A DNA stretch of 63,004 nucleotides, the filler included, from Stramenopiles sp. TOSAG23-2 (Eukaryota), in assembly GCA_900128395.1 (NCBI GenBank). It is 9 parts of 9 records of this genome, joined end to end, with 100 filler letters (N's around TTAATTAATTAA, not from the genome) between each part and the next. Parts side by side here need not be neighbours in the genome. Positions count along the whole stretch, not along the records: positions 42,906 to 51,347 come from LT650205.1; positions 51,448 to 59,881 come from LT650206.1; 7 more parts are not named here. One strand, written 5' to 3'. Position 1 is the first letter of the stretch. The number at the start of each line of letters is the position of its first letter. Below, piece after piece: positions 45,901 through 57,407 of the stretch. The notes below the pieces were generated by a model that was not told the DNA's origin, searched no databases, and was given only the letters and a program-made list of their open reading frames with translations. The position numbers and the translations under genes were made by a program.

Positions 45901-47748
45901 CATGCAAAAGAAACATCGCATTTAATATCGCAACAATACGATGAACGGACCAGCGTGCTGACAGAAGCTATGGAGGATTTATTCCAACGGAAGGCAAGGG
46001 AACGTACTGCTATGCTCGGAAAAATGAAGGCAGATAATGTGGACGAAGCACATGTAGTCAAAGCAATTGAGCAGCTTGAAGCAAAATACGAAGTACTTCA
46101 AAGCGATGTACAAATCGAGGCAACTTCAGCACTTGATAAACGCCATGCAGAGGAGCAATTGGACCTTAGGCAACGCCAGTTAGCGGAAATAACACACGCA
46201 TTTGAGCAGCTCGCACCGGAAGATGTTTTAAAACAGAAGCAAGCGGAACAAGCACAAAGACAAGCAAACGAATTACAAGAATTTAAAGAAGCTATGGATA
46301 GAGAACAGAATGATCAAATTGAAAGGATCAAAGCGGAAAAAAAAAAATTCGAGGACGATTTGCGCAGGAAAAACGAGGAAGAGCTACGTGCGATGGAGGC
46401 TGAACATCATAAAATGATGGAATTGGAGCAGCGAGAGGCTGAGAAAAAAATACGCGCGCGTAAAGAAGCGCTTTTAAAGGAACAAGAATCCCAGCAACAG
46501 CAACAGATGCTAGAATTAGGAAAGGTTACCGAAAAAGAGAAAAAAATAATGATGCAGCGGTTCAAAGCAGATCGCGAGCGAGTTCAAGCAATTATGGAAG
46601 CAGAGCGAAATCGGCAACAACGAGCACTGGAGGAAAAGCTAAGAATGAGGCGAATGAGAAGAGCATTGAGACAAGAGGAGGCCTTAAGAAATCGAATGAA
46701 GAGAGAACATAAGCGTATGCAGAAGCGCATCGATGCAGTAAACGAAACCATGACGACTGCAGTACACGCTTTGATGGGGAAAACGGCGTTTAAAGCAGGT
46801 AGAGCAAAAGGTCTGTTTCATGGTGAAAAAAGTGCGGTGGAGATGTCAGTAGTTGGTGCTCTAGCCCATAAATGGAAAAGTGCAAATTCAGATGCCAAAA
46901 AAAAGGCAAAGAAGGAGATGGAAAAGCTGTCCAATGGTACTCCAGCGGAGCGTCGTGCTGCCAGGGAAGTATCAAAAGGATTTTGGCAAGGCGGTAGTGC
47001 TAACGGCGAAGAGAACGAGGCAGCGGAGGCACAACGTTTAGAGAAAGAGAAAAAAGCAAATTTAGAGCATGTAAGAAAGTTGCAAGAAAAAATGGAAGAA
47101 GAATTAAATAAGAAAGGTGCAGAAATGACAGATCGGCAACGTCGGCAGCATGAACGCCTGTTGAAAAAATTGGAACTAAAGAAGAAGAAAGCAGCTTTAA
47201 AGGCAGAAAAACTTGAGAAAAAGCGAAAGGAGGAAGAGGCTAAAGCTGTTGAAGAAGCAAAGAAAACAACAGAAGCAATGTCAAAAGCACCAGATAATGT
47301 TGTAAGTGGCTTTGAGGCTATAATCGATGAAACGGCAGACGAGAGTAAAAGCGTTCAATCAAGCTCAAATGTTCCTACTATGATTATTCCTGAAGGTGTT
47401 ACCAAAGAGCAAAAAAAAAATCAACAGAATGTTAGTATGTTTGGTGGCAGTGGTGGCGGTGCAGTAGCTGCATTTGATCCAGCTGCGGAGAAACGAATGT
47501 TCGATAAATTAAATCGGATCGAGGAAATGCTAGAACAATTTTCAGAGTCTGGGCAGTTTAATAACAACATGTCGCCCACAAGGAATAGTAGTAAACAAAA
47601 TGAAAATAAAAGCCAGGGAAGACATGCAACTTTTGAGTATGACGAGGACGAAGACGATTTTAATTCCGGTTTAGCTGAACGCCTTAGTAAATACAAAGCA
47701 TTTCAACAAAATCCCGAATTGATCGACTTTTTGCATCGTCACGAATAA
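42906..47748 (+). CDS. Giant E/K/R/Q-rich coiled-coil (trichohyalin-like) protein, 5'-truncated, interrupted by a spurious gap and one frameshift
   Basis: ORFs 42909-43292, 43415-44311 and 44242-47748 share composition; gap 43293-43392 is flanked by the same ~31-nt sequence; frame change between 44224 and 44309. Confidence 0.7.
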
Positions 47749-48248
47749 TGCACGAAGGATCATATCAGAGTGGATATTATATGCATAATGACCCACTGAA
47801 AATATGATCCGTATTGAGCGTATGAATAGTATTTACCACCGGGAAGTATATTATTATATAAATCATATTAAAATTAGTGGTTAAAAATCTAAGTTATACG
47901 ACGTATTTCATATGCATATTATATGATATCTCATACGAGGCGTAATAATTTTACTTCTCGTGTTCCTATTCATATATATGAATATTTTTATACTCGTATT
48001 AATTTAATTTCCTTTTTTAAAATCATCATAATTATTATTTTTACAAAATTTAAGTTTGATCGTTTGATCCTTAATTGTATTCCCTTGTACCGAATATTTC
48101 CGTATACTATTTAGTAACACGTGTGCCATACTCCCCTTTTCTGTACTTGAAGCCCTAGCGAAACCTATAAAGTATAAAGGCGACGGAAATTTTCCCGAAT
48201 CGTACAGGATTACACCAGATTACAGGATGGATCACGCAAATTTGTTTT

Positions 48249-50570
48249 TCATACTCTTCCCGCAATTTGATGTTTTGTTCTACCGTTGCCGCCACCACTA
48301 CCGTCCCATGGAAGAGGAGCTTTTCTGGTCGGCCCATTCCACATTGGAGGTGGTTGTTTATTTCGATGCGAAGATTGTGATGCTTTATCAAACTCATATT
48401 TGTCGTACGCACCATTTACACCATCTATATCTACGATTGCCGCGTCCCCATTCATCTCATATGCTAATGACAAGCGTATGACACGTTCGGTAATTTGTAA
48501 TGCAAGATGTGGCTCTATCTCATTGGAATTATACAACATTTCGCCTTTATTAGACAGTTCAAGATGATTCTTTGGCCCTTTCCCCCACACTTTTACGATT
48601 GCGGCATGTGGTGGTTTTGGTATACTTTGCATGTTATAACAGAATGCATTGCTTTCTTCCATAGAACAATCGACGATCCCAATATTTGCCATACCTCGCA
48701 ATGCTGCACCTAGACGAAGCATATTTGTAATCGTTGTTTTGCATGAAGAACATTCTAAACCATCTAAAAAACTTACGACCCAAAACGAAGTGGAATTCAA
48801 CACAGTTGGGATAAAATTATTATTGTTTAAATGAGACAAATTTGAATTTGCAAATAAATATCGCCATTCACTTTCAACATCTCTACTCCATTTCAAAATT
48901 GGAGCAATCTCTTTATCCCCATGATAAATTTGCTGTGTTCCATATTTATTGTTTAACAGCATAATTGTTGGATAACTCGGTATATCAAACCATTTGCCAC
49001 ATATATGCGGTGATTTTTCGCAATTGACTGCACCCACTTCAATATTATCAAATTTCAATTCTTGTGCAATATGTTTCCATTTAGGAACTAGCGATCGGCA
49101 ATGTGAACACCACGGGGCATAAAATTCGATTAACCAAATAGAATCCGAAACCAAGCGCTTGTCCCATAATTTCTCATTTAATAATGTTATAAATTGATTA
49201 TTGCTATAAAAATCACGCGTATCTTTTTCTCCACTTTGTTGGTATTCCCAAAATGTTTGAAATCCTCCATCTTCTTGATCGGCTGACCCATAATCATCAA
49301 ATGCGGCCCTTTTTTCAGGAGTGCCAATCACCTCATATGCTGAAACAATATCTCTAAATGCATTTAAAGCCATTTCTCTTAGGGATGCTGGATTTTTATC
49401 AGGATGCAATAGTAATGTCAAATGCCTATATGCTCTCCTAATATTTTTGCTAGTTGCATCGTTTGTTATATTTAATGTTTCATATGGATAACTTTCACCA
49501 TAACTTTTGCCCATAGTACCTGCTTGTTTTGATAATTTTGCACGTCGTATTAATTCCTCTTCTTGTTCCTTCATTTGTGTCCTTTTGCTTTGTTTTTTTT
49601 TTACATATTCATCATTCCCATGGACTGTCCCACTTGCATCATTACCATTAAAATCTTTTTCCAGCTTTACCCTCTTTAATTCTTCCAATTGACGCGTTTT
49701 TAATCTAGCATCAGCACGTTTCTTCGCGTCTTGATAAGATAATTTCGGTTCTTCACAAGTTAAAATGCTATTAGAATTTCCAATTGTAGAATCAGGACAT
49801 TTTTTTACATTAATTGTTGTTGGTTCATGATTTTGACCATCTTCGCCCAAACAGCTTTCACATTTAAGGATGTTGGTGGCTTTTTCAAAGATACATTTTT
49901 TACAAGATGTTATATACGAGCCTTTTGGAAGTGATGATAGTTTCACTTCTATTTCAGCATTAGTCTGTAAATTACGACGCTCAATATGTGCTTTTTCGTT
50001 TTCTTCAACAGTTGGGCATATCTTATGCTTTCCAACACGACCAATGTGATCGTGGTCACCTTTGCAAACCCATGGTATATCATCGATACACCTTCGTGCA
50101 CCTATGCACCACGCGCATTCCGCTCGTAAGCATTCCTCGCAGCTAAGATATTCAACACATGCCTCGCTTATTGATTTTGTATCCCTTACTGGCGTGTTTT
50201 GGCCAATTTGCAAAGTAATTAATTTTTCCTTTTCTTTTTGCATTCTTGCCTTTTCTCGCTCTTCTTGTATAAAGGTTGGTGGAGTTATAATTCCATCTGT
50301 TGAAACATGAACATCATATATATCGATATCGCTTCTTTCCTTACCTGGCGTTGCCTTATCAACCATTGATTTTAACAAGGATTTTAGCCGCTCCAATTGC
50401 AACAAGGCATCTTCCAAAGTTAACGGGACATTCTGTTCATTATTATTACTATCGTTTATGAAAAAATATATATCGTTTGCAACGTCCTCATTCAAATTAT
50501 ATGCAGATGCCAAAGAAACATTTACAAAAAGCAAAAAGGAGAGAAGAAAAAAATAATAGTATTTGGGCAT
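48249..50570 (-). CDS. Secretory-pathway DnaJ + thioredoxin protein (ERdj5/DNAJC10-like) with PSI and CVNH-like modules
   Basis: Signal peptide; CEECLRAECAWC..C (PSI); GSYITSCKKC..LKCESC..C..IGNSNSILTC (CVNH-like); J domain with HPDKN; EFYAPWCSHC; second Trx-like CSSC. Confidence 0.85.
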   Translation of the reverse strand: MPKYYYFFLLSFLLFVNVSLASAYNLNEDVANDIYFFINDSNNNEQNVPLTLEDALLQLERLKSLLKSMVDKATPGKERSDIDIYDVHVSTDGIITPPTFIQEEREKARMQKEKEKLITLQIGQNTPVRDTKSISEACVEYLSCEECLRAECAWCIGARRCIDDIPWVCKGDHDHIGRVGKHKICPTVEENEKAHIERRNLQTNAEIEVKLSSLPKGSYITSCKKCIFEKATNILKCESCLGEDGQNHEPTTINVKKCPDSTIGNSNSILTCEEPKLSYQDAKKRADARLKTRQLEELKRVKLEKDFNGNDASGTVHGNDEYVKKKQSKRTQMKEQEEELIRRAKLSKQAGTMGKSYGESYPYETLNITNDATSKNIRRAYRHLTLLLHPDKNPASLREMALNAFRDIVSAYEVIGTPEKRAAFDDYGSADQEDGGFQTFWEYQQSGEKDTRDFYSNNQFITLLNEKLWDKRLVSDSIWLIEFYAPWCSHCRSLVPKWKHIAQELKFDNIEVGAVNCEKSPHICGKWFDIPSYPTIMLLNNKYGTQQIYHGDKEIAPILKWSRDVESEWRYLFANSNLSHLNNNNFIPTVLNSTSFWVVSFLDGLECSSCKTTITNMLRLGAALRGMANIGIVDCSMEESNAFCYNMQSIPKPPHAAIVKVWGKGPKNHLELSNKGEMLYNSNEIEPHLALQITERVIRLSLAYEMNGDAAIVDIDGVNGAYDKYEFDKASQSSHRNKQPPPMWNGPTRKAPLPWDGSGGGNGRTKHQIAGRV

Positions 50571-51720
50571 GGTACTTTAGATATATGTAACGTTTGTTCG
50601 TTGAAGCAATGATCTTACTATTTAAAAGATTTTTCAATTTATTTCAATCATATTATTTGACTATTAAATTTTTATAAAGAAGTTGTTTTGTTGTTACTAA
50701 TATTATTTCAATTATTACCTGATATATATTTGTTTGGTATTTTTTTTTTTTTAATAATTATTAAATCGGAATGGAAAATATTAGCATAGGAATAGCATTG
50801 TATCCCAAAACATTCTTACGAATAGGTTCTTACTATAAAACAACAATTGATAACTTAAAAATTATGAATCACTTAAAATTACTAACTAAATATAACTAAT
50901 AATAACGTAAATAATATGTAATAATTAAGGTACTAGAAAGAGTAATAATAATGAAATAAATAGACATAATATAATGGAAAATGATAGTAGATATAATATT
51001 ATTATTTAAACAGGAAATTATATGTGTGTACATAAACATAAATATCATAAAAAAAAGAATAACGAACATTAATTTCATCTATCTATCTATCTATATTAGA
51101 TTAAATATCAATTATTAATATTTTTCAATATTTATTTAGATTATTTTACTGTACAAGGCAAAAAAGATGTTGTACAATTTTATGATCAATTTTATCATTA
51201 TTTATCAACGATGTCATTTCTTTTTATTTACATATTATACGATCAAACTTTCGTCTTGATTTTTATTATTATATTATATTTTCGTATATGTGTTGAGATA
51301 ATCCATTACTGTATTTGCAAATTGTGTGTACATATATGGAAAGGAATNNNNNNNNNNNNNNNNNNNNNNNNNNNNNNNNNNNNNNNNNNNNTTAATTAAT
51401 TAANNNNNNNNNNNNNNNNNNNNNNNNNNNNNNNNNNNNNNNNNNNNATAATTTAATTTACGCATAATTTATTTTTAATTTACTCATGATAATTCCTACT
51501 CTTCAAAAGAATAAAATAACTGAAATAATCTATCCTCACACAAGTGTGTTGATATTCTCATAATCGAATTTTTTTTTTATATATAAAAAATATATATATA
51601 TGCATATATATTTATATGTGTTGTAAATATTAAAACAAGATTATCATATATATCAGATTTTTATATTATGCATTACGACGTATGTAACATGTTTTATTAT
51701 ACGAGGATTCGTAAATTTTT

Positions 51721-52803
51721 TTATAATTTACTTGGTTTCCTTCCAAATGGCACACCATTATTTTTCTTAAATGAATTATCATAAATACTCCATCCATTGG
51801 ATAGTGCATTATCAATTGCCATAATTTGATCCCAATTATTTCGTATCCATTCAACCGATTTTGGGCCTGGCACACCATTATTTTTCTTAAATGAATTATC
51901 ATAAATACTCCATCCATTGGTTGGTGCATTATCAATTGCCATAATTTGATCCCAATTATTTCGTATCCATTCAACCGATTTTGGGCCTTCTCTTCTTGAA
52001 TTTAACAAGGGTCCTTTCATTAAAGCTGCTCGTCCGAAGACACCCATTTCAGCAACGATAATTTCCCCATTGTCTTGGCATTCATTACTACATAAAAACA
52101 ATGCAGCAGGTACAACAAAATCAGGTGAATTTGCGTTAAGAAATTTTTGTCTATCGGACTCTTTCATAGTTGGATTGCTCATTGACATTGCAGTTGCTGC
52201 ACCAGGCATTAGCGCATTCACATTAATTCCTAAACCTCTACCTTCATGTCTAAGATTGTTTACCATTCCAATCATAGCTGATTTAGCAGTTCCGTATAAC
52301 CAATAGTTTTTACCACCAAAGGATGAAGACGAAGACGTCAATAAAATTCTTCCATATTTTTGTTTTTTCATATGAGGCCAACTGTGTTTCACAACATTAA
52401 ATGCACCTTTGACATGAACTCCCATAGTAATTTCATAATCATCCTCTGATAGTCGTTCCAGGCGCCTATCACGATAAACACCAGCATTTACAATTGATAT
52501 GTCTAAACGACCATACGTATCAATTGCTTGTTGTACCATTTTTTCAACGTCTTTATATTCAGCGACACTTCCATCATTTGCTATAGCATTGCCACCATTT
52601 TTTATGATTTCATTGACAACTGTTTGGGCTTTTCCAATACCTCCAGATTTTCCAGCTTGATTTCCGGTGGAAACACCGCCATAATCATTTACTACAACAT
52701 TGCAACCTCTGCGTGCTAATTCCATTGCATATGCTCTTCCTAGACCAGACCCAGCACCTGTCACTAATGCAACTTGTCCTTTAAAATTAACCGGGGTCGT
52801 CAT
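51721..52803 (-). CDS. Peroxisomal SDR, (3R)-hydroxyacyl-CoA dehydrogenase domain of MFE-2/HSD17B4 type
   Basis: TGAGSGLGRAYA, VVVNDYGG, VNAGV, YGTAK catalytic motif; C-terminal PTS1 SKL. Confidence 0.9.
   Translation of the reverse strand: MTTPVNFKGQVALVTGAGSGLGRAYAMELARRGCNVVVNDYGGVSTGNQAGKSGGIGKAQTVVNEIIKNGGNAIANDGSVAEYKDVEKMVQQAIDTYGRLDISIVNAGVYRDRRLERLSEDDYEITMGVHVKGAFNVVKHSWPHMKKQKYGRILLTSSSSSFGGKNYWLYGTAKSAMIGMVNNLRHEGRGLGINVNALMPGAATAMSMSNPTMKESDRQKFLNANSPDFVVPAALFLCSNECQDNGEIIVAEMGVFGRAALMKGPLLNSRREGPKSVEWIRNNWDQIMAIDNAPTNGWSIYDNSFKKNNGVPGPKSVEWIRNNWDQIMAIDNALSNGWSIYDNSFKKNNGVPFGRKPSKL
51749..51988. repeat. 120-nt (40-aa) tandem duplication in the SDR C-terminus
   Basis: GPKSVEWIRNNWDQIMAIDNA..NGWSIYDNSFKKNNGVP occurs twice with about three nucleotide differences. 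Confidence 0.9.
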
Positions 52804-54311
52804 CTTGTTTAATATTTGTTGTATCCCCGTATTTTGTATAGTAATAAGTGTGTACGAGTAAGTGTGTATAATCTCGCTATACTATTATTTACATGTATAT
52901 ATATACAGTATCTTTTTTATAAGGTATAGTGCTATAGTTGCAGTTGGACGGAAGAAAGGAAAAGAGATATTAATACTAATTTACAATACGACAAAGTATA
53001 AATCGTACTTATAGGACGAATTTTAGTATACTTCATAAATATCACTAGACCAGACCCAGCACCTGTCACTAATGCAACTTGTCCTTTAAAATTAACCGGG
53101 GTCGTCATCTTGTTTAATATTTGTTGTATCCCCGTATTTTGTATAGTAATAAGTGTGTACGAGTAAGTGTGTATAATCTCGCTATACTATTATTTACATG
53201 TATATATATACAGTATCTTTTTTATAAGGTATAGTGCTATAGTTGCAGTTGGACGGAAGAAAGGAAAAAGAGATAATACTAATTTACAATTCGACAAAGT
53301 ATAAATCGTACTTATAGGACGAATTTTAGTATACTTCATAAATATCATAGGAAATACTTTTAACATGTGCTTTTTTTTCCTCTTTCTCTGGCTTCGCACT
53401 TTCCCTTATCAAAACCACCACCACCTACAAACTTTCTTGTGTAATGACTAAATAATCTCGCTATACTATTATTTACATGTATATATATACAGTATCTTTT
53501 TTATAAATATATAGTATCTGCCTGGCCAGCCGCTGTGGACCGGACCTGTACCAGGTATGATAGTTGCAGTTGGACGGAAGAAAGGAAAAAGAGATAATAC
53601 TAATTTACAATTCGACAAAGTATAAATCGTACTTATAGGACGAATTTTAGTATACTTCATAAATATCATAGGAAATACTTTTAACATGTGCTTTTTTTTC
53701 CTCTTTCTCTGGCTTCGCACTTTCCCTTATCAAAACCACCACCACCTACAAACTTTCTTGTGTAATGACTAAACCACTTTCAATACGAAATGCTGGAACG
53801 ATAAACAATCCATCTTCATCATCATTGCCATCTTTTGTTTTTGAATCATTAGTAGTAGTAGTATCACTCTTCAACGACAAAGTATAAATCGTACTTATAG
53901 GACGAATTTTAGTATACTTCATAAATATCATAGGAAATACTTTTAACATGTGCTTTTTTTTCCTCTTTCTCTGGCTTCGCACTTTCCCTTATCAAAACCA
54001 CCACCACCTACAAACTTTCTTGTGTAATGACTAAACCACTTTCAATACGAAATGCTGGAACGATAAACAATCCATCTTCATCATCATTGCCATCTTTTGT
54101 TTTTGAATCATTAGTAGTAGTAGTATCACTCTTCAATGGCACCGTTGATAATCCACGCCATACAAACTTTCTTGTGTAATGACTAAACCACTTTCAATAC
54201 GAAATGCTGGAACGATAAACAATCCATCTTCATCATCATTGCCATCTTTTGTTTTTGAATCATTAGTAGTAGTAGTATCACTCTTCAATGGCACCGTTGA
54301 TAATCCACGCC
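52740..54311. repeat. Mosaic of overlapping direct duplications (SDR 5' end/promoter and phosphatase 3' end), probably an amplification or assembly artefact
   Basis: 52740-53044 repeated from 53045; 'cgacaaagtataaatcgtacttatagg' four times; 'ccactttcaatacgaaatgctgg' three times. Confidence 0.85.
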
Positions 54312-55914
54312 AATCGTAATGTCCTAATTGTAATTTACACATTTCATTTGCACAAGATATTGGTCCACTAACATTATCTAATTTTCCCATCCATTCCATA
54401 GGTTCTATGAAGAAATGTTTCCTACCACATACATCTACGGCACGTGTTTCATCATGTCTAGCAATTAAAGATGGTCGATGCTGACGATCGTTTGGTCGTG
54501 CAGTACCACATTCTAATGCTTTCATTCGTGATAACCATCGTTGTTTTTCCTTTGATTTTGGTCGTAATGGTGGTGTTGATGGTGGATATGTATATTGTGA
54601 TTCATTAGTATCAATTGCTTGAGTTTTTTCTTCCCTACTTTTATTTTTAATATTTCTTTCCATTACTTTGCCTTCATCAATATTATTATTAGTATCATTA
54701 TCACCAACATTCGATGAAGTTACTTTTTCATCTTCATTATATTTACTACTACTACTATTATCATTGCTATCGCTAGTATTGTTTTTATCATCATCATCTT
54801 CTAAATCATGGAAACCTCTGCTTTTACCATCATCTTTCTTTCGACCACGTGACATTGGTGATGGTGGAACTAAAAATCCAGCATCATTACTATTACTATT
54901 GATATTGTTTAACATTTTACTTTTCATTCTTGGCTCACTTGCTACCATACCTCCTCTTTTCAATTTCGATGGAGATACTATTTCCATATCCTCATTACTA
55001 CTAGTACTGGTTATTTCATTTAATTTAAATTTATTTAACTCCTCCTTTGAGAAAGATGCAATTGTATCCGATGCATAATGTCTACGTAAACGAGGTGGCC
55101 TTGGATTTGTACTATCTATGCTACTTTTTCGACGTGGGCTTTCTCTTTTCTCATCACTATTGCTTCTACTAGGCAAGACGATACTACAAGTAACAAACAA
55201 TGGTGTCTTGCATTGGCGGCATACAAATTGCATATCAGAACCACGTAATGGTGGTATAATTTGCACACCGGAAGATTGCGGCCGTGTCAATCGTAAACGT
55301 ACTGGTGTCGATAATGCACATGATGCTAATTGTCTTACAATAACTTGTCCATTGGATTCATATTCTTCTAAAATATTATTGAAATGTTCTTTTAATAAAA
55401 ATTGATGTGCACCATATACGTCCCATTCTGATCGTCCATATGCAATAAGTTGCTGTTCGAATCCTTTATTTACATTAACTATTGGACGTTTGCTTTTCAC
55501 CATTTGAAAAGCTTCATCAAACAACAACCGCTTCGTTGACATTATAAATGCAGATATAAACGCAGCAGAGCGAGACCTGCCACCTTTACAATGTACTAAA
55601 ATTTTACCATGAGCATCTAATGAACTTTCAATAAATACATTTGCAGCTGGTATGGCACTAAGTAAATTAGCATATTCTTTATCTCGCATGGTGACTTGTA
55701 AATACGTAAAATTGCGCGGGTATGTAGCCGGCACACCAGATATATTTAATATATGTGTAATACCATATTCAGCTAATGATTCTTTATTAAACGCACAGTG
55801 TACACTACCTATATATACACCATTTATTATTTCCGTCGGTACGTTATCTTGTACCGATGCACTATCTAATGTTAAACCAGGTCTTGGTTTTTTTAATCTA
55901 CTTTTTTTAAACAT
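54133..55914 (-). CDS. Dual-specificity protein phosphatase, YVH1/DUSP12-like
   Basis: EIINGVYIGS, GITHILN, VHCKGGRSRS active site, NKGFEQQL; C-terminal CRQC..HFFIEPMEWM..CANEMC..LGHYDWRG..VPAF. The true end is probably ..ITQESL*, as in the duplicated copies. Confidence 0.88.
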   Translation of the reverse strand: MFKKSRLKKPRPGLTLDSASVQDNVPTEIINGVYIGSVHCAFNKESLAEYGITHILNISGVPATYPRNFTYLQVTMRDKEYANLLSAIPAANVFIESSLDAHGKILVHCKGGRSRSAAFISAFIMSTKRLLFDEAFQMVKSKRPIVNVNKGFEQQLIAYGRSEWDVYGAHQFLLKEHFNNILEEYESNGQVIVRQLASCALSTPVRLRLTRPQSSGVQIIPPLRGSDMQFVCRQCKTPLFVTCSIVLPSRSNSDEKRESPRRKSSIDSTNPRPPRLRRHYASDTIASFSKEELNKFKLNEITSTSSNEDMEIVSPSKLKRGGMVASEPRMKSKMLNNINSNSNDAGFLVPPSPMSRGRKKDDGKSRGFHDLEDDDDKNNTSDSNDNSSSSKYNEDEKVTSSNVGDNDTNNNIDEGKVMERNIKNKSREEKTQAIDTNESQYTYPPSTPPLRPKSKEKQRWLSRMKALECGTARPNDRQHRPSLIARHDETRAVDVCGRKHFFIEPMEWMGKLDNVSGPISCANEMCKLQLGHYDWRGLSTVPLKSDTTTTNDSKTKDGNDDEDGLFIVPAFRIESGLVITQESLYGVDYQRCH

Positions 55915-56025
55915 GTTGCTATATACTATGATTCTTATTTCAAATCACACCCGTTTATATCAATGTAAAACAAGATGCTCTATATAGGTATATATACATT
56001 TATATATCTATATATATATATCTAC

Positions 56026-56319
56026 GATAAACGACTCTTCTAACAACAACATGTATTACCTTCTTCTTATCAATTATTATTAATTATCAATATTATCAAC
56101 AAAAACATCCAATCACAAATTATTACACACACGACTATTCTTCTTATTCCCTGCCTCGTGATCTATGGGTATGATAAACGACTCTTCTAACAACAACATG
56201 TATTACCTTCTTCTTATCAATTATTATTAATTATCAATATTATCAACAAAAACATCCAATCACAAATTATTACACACACGACTATTCTTCTTATTCCCTG
56301 CCTCGTGATCTATGGGTAT
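56026..56319. repeat. Two-copy 147-bp tandem duplication upstream of the phosphatase
   Basis: gataaacgactcttctaacaacaacatg... at 56026 and 56173. Confidence 0.9.
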
Positions 56320-57407
56320 CAAATTCTTTAAATTAAGTATATAAGTTCTTAAATATTTAAGTATAATATAACTTATTATAAATAGTATATTTTTTACTAT
56401 CTAAATTAAAAATTCTATTACTCTATCTGATAGATCAAAGGGTTCACTAAAATTAATCGAAAAAAATCATTAGGAAAAGACGATAATTAGTATACGAAAA
56501 GTATAACTGAAAATGTCACGCTTGGCTATATGGAAATACCATTACCGTTTTGCGGACACTAATTAGGCCGCAATAGCAGGTAAAAGCGTGACAAAATAGT
56601 GCTGTGACGGCCTAAAACAGTGTGACCATAGCCATAGCATTGATTTTCAATAGTATATACACAGCATCCAATAATACACGGACTTGATTAGAATAGACAT
56701 ACCATTGTTGTCAATAGTATATACACAGCACCGTTATCCTGAACCCTCATTGTAACTATACAACATCGCCACCAATCGACCAAAGAGAAAAACTGAATCG
56801 ACACAAACCAACCAAATCTGTACTTAGCTTAAAGAATACAATTTTATATAGGCAAAATAACTTCCTGAGAACACTTAATTTTTATCTCGAAGGCAGGGGT
56901 CCTTGCCGTCTGTGCGGCAGCTGGAACTTATTATTTTTTATTGGTGCACAAAAAAGTGCAACAGAGTGCAACATGCGAGTTGCGAGTTTTTCATATATAT
57001 AGGAATATCCATATTTTTAGTATATACTTTTGACCTACAAGTACGATGGCGTAAAAGTTCGAGGTTTTAGAGGTTCGTTATCATATTTTAGTAAGACTAT
57101 TTTCCAACTTATTTACAATTAGGGAAAACATATATAAATAAATCAATTACCTTATCTCTGCTGTGATGTAATCTTCTTTAGTTCATTAATTATATGATGT
57201 AATGTCCTTTAGTTCGTACCATTATTAATGTGTTAAGGGTAAATTTATGTATAAATGCATCTTATCGAAAATAGTCTTAGACACTCCCTCTATAATACAG
57301 TCGTCTGGCAGTCCATGTAGGATACGCTTTTTAATTTTTTCTGTGATTTAAACTACCAACAACAGAAACATATTCTTGCTCTATAATAGATACTATATAC
57401 ACAGTAT

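Noticed and set aside
54133-54160. C-terminal YGVDYQRCH of the phosphatase
   Set aside because: Created by a duplication junction; other copies read CAA GAA AGT TTG TAG.
52740-54311. Repeat cluster as a CRISPR array, programmed rearrangement or small gene family (ORFs 53190, 53469, 53746)
   Set aside because: Units are irregular overlapping copies of adjacent gene ends with no repeat-spacer structure; typical of amplification chimeras or misassembly.
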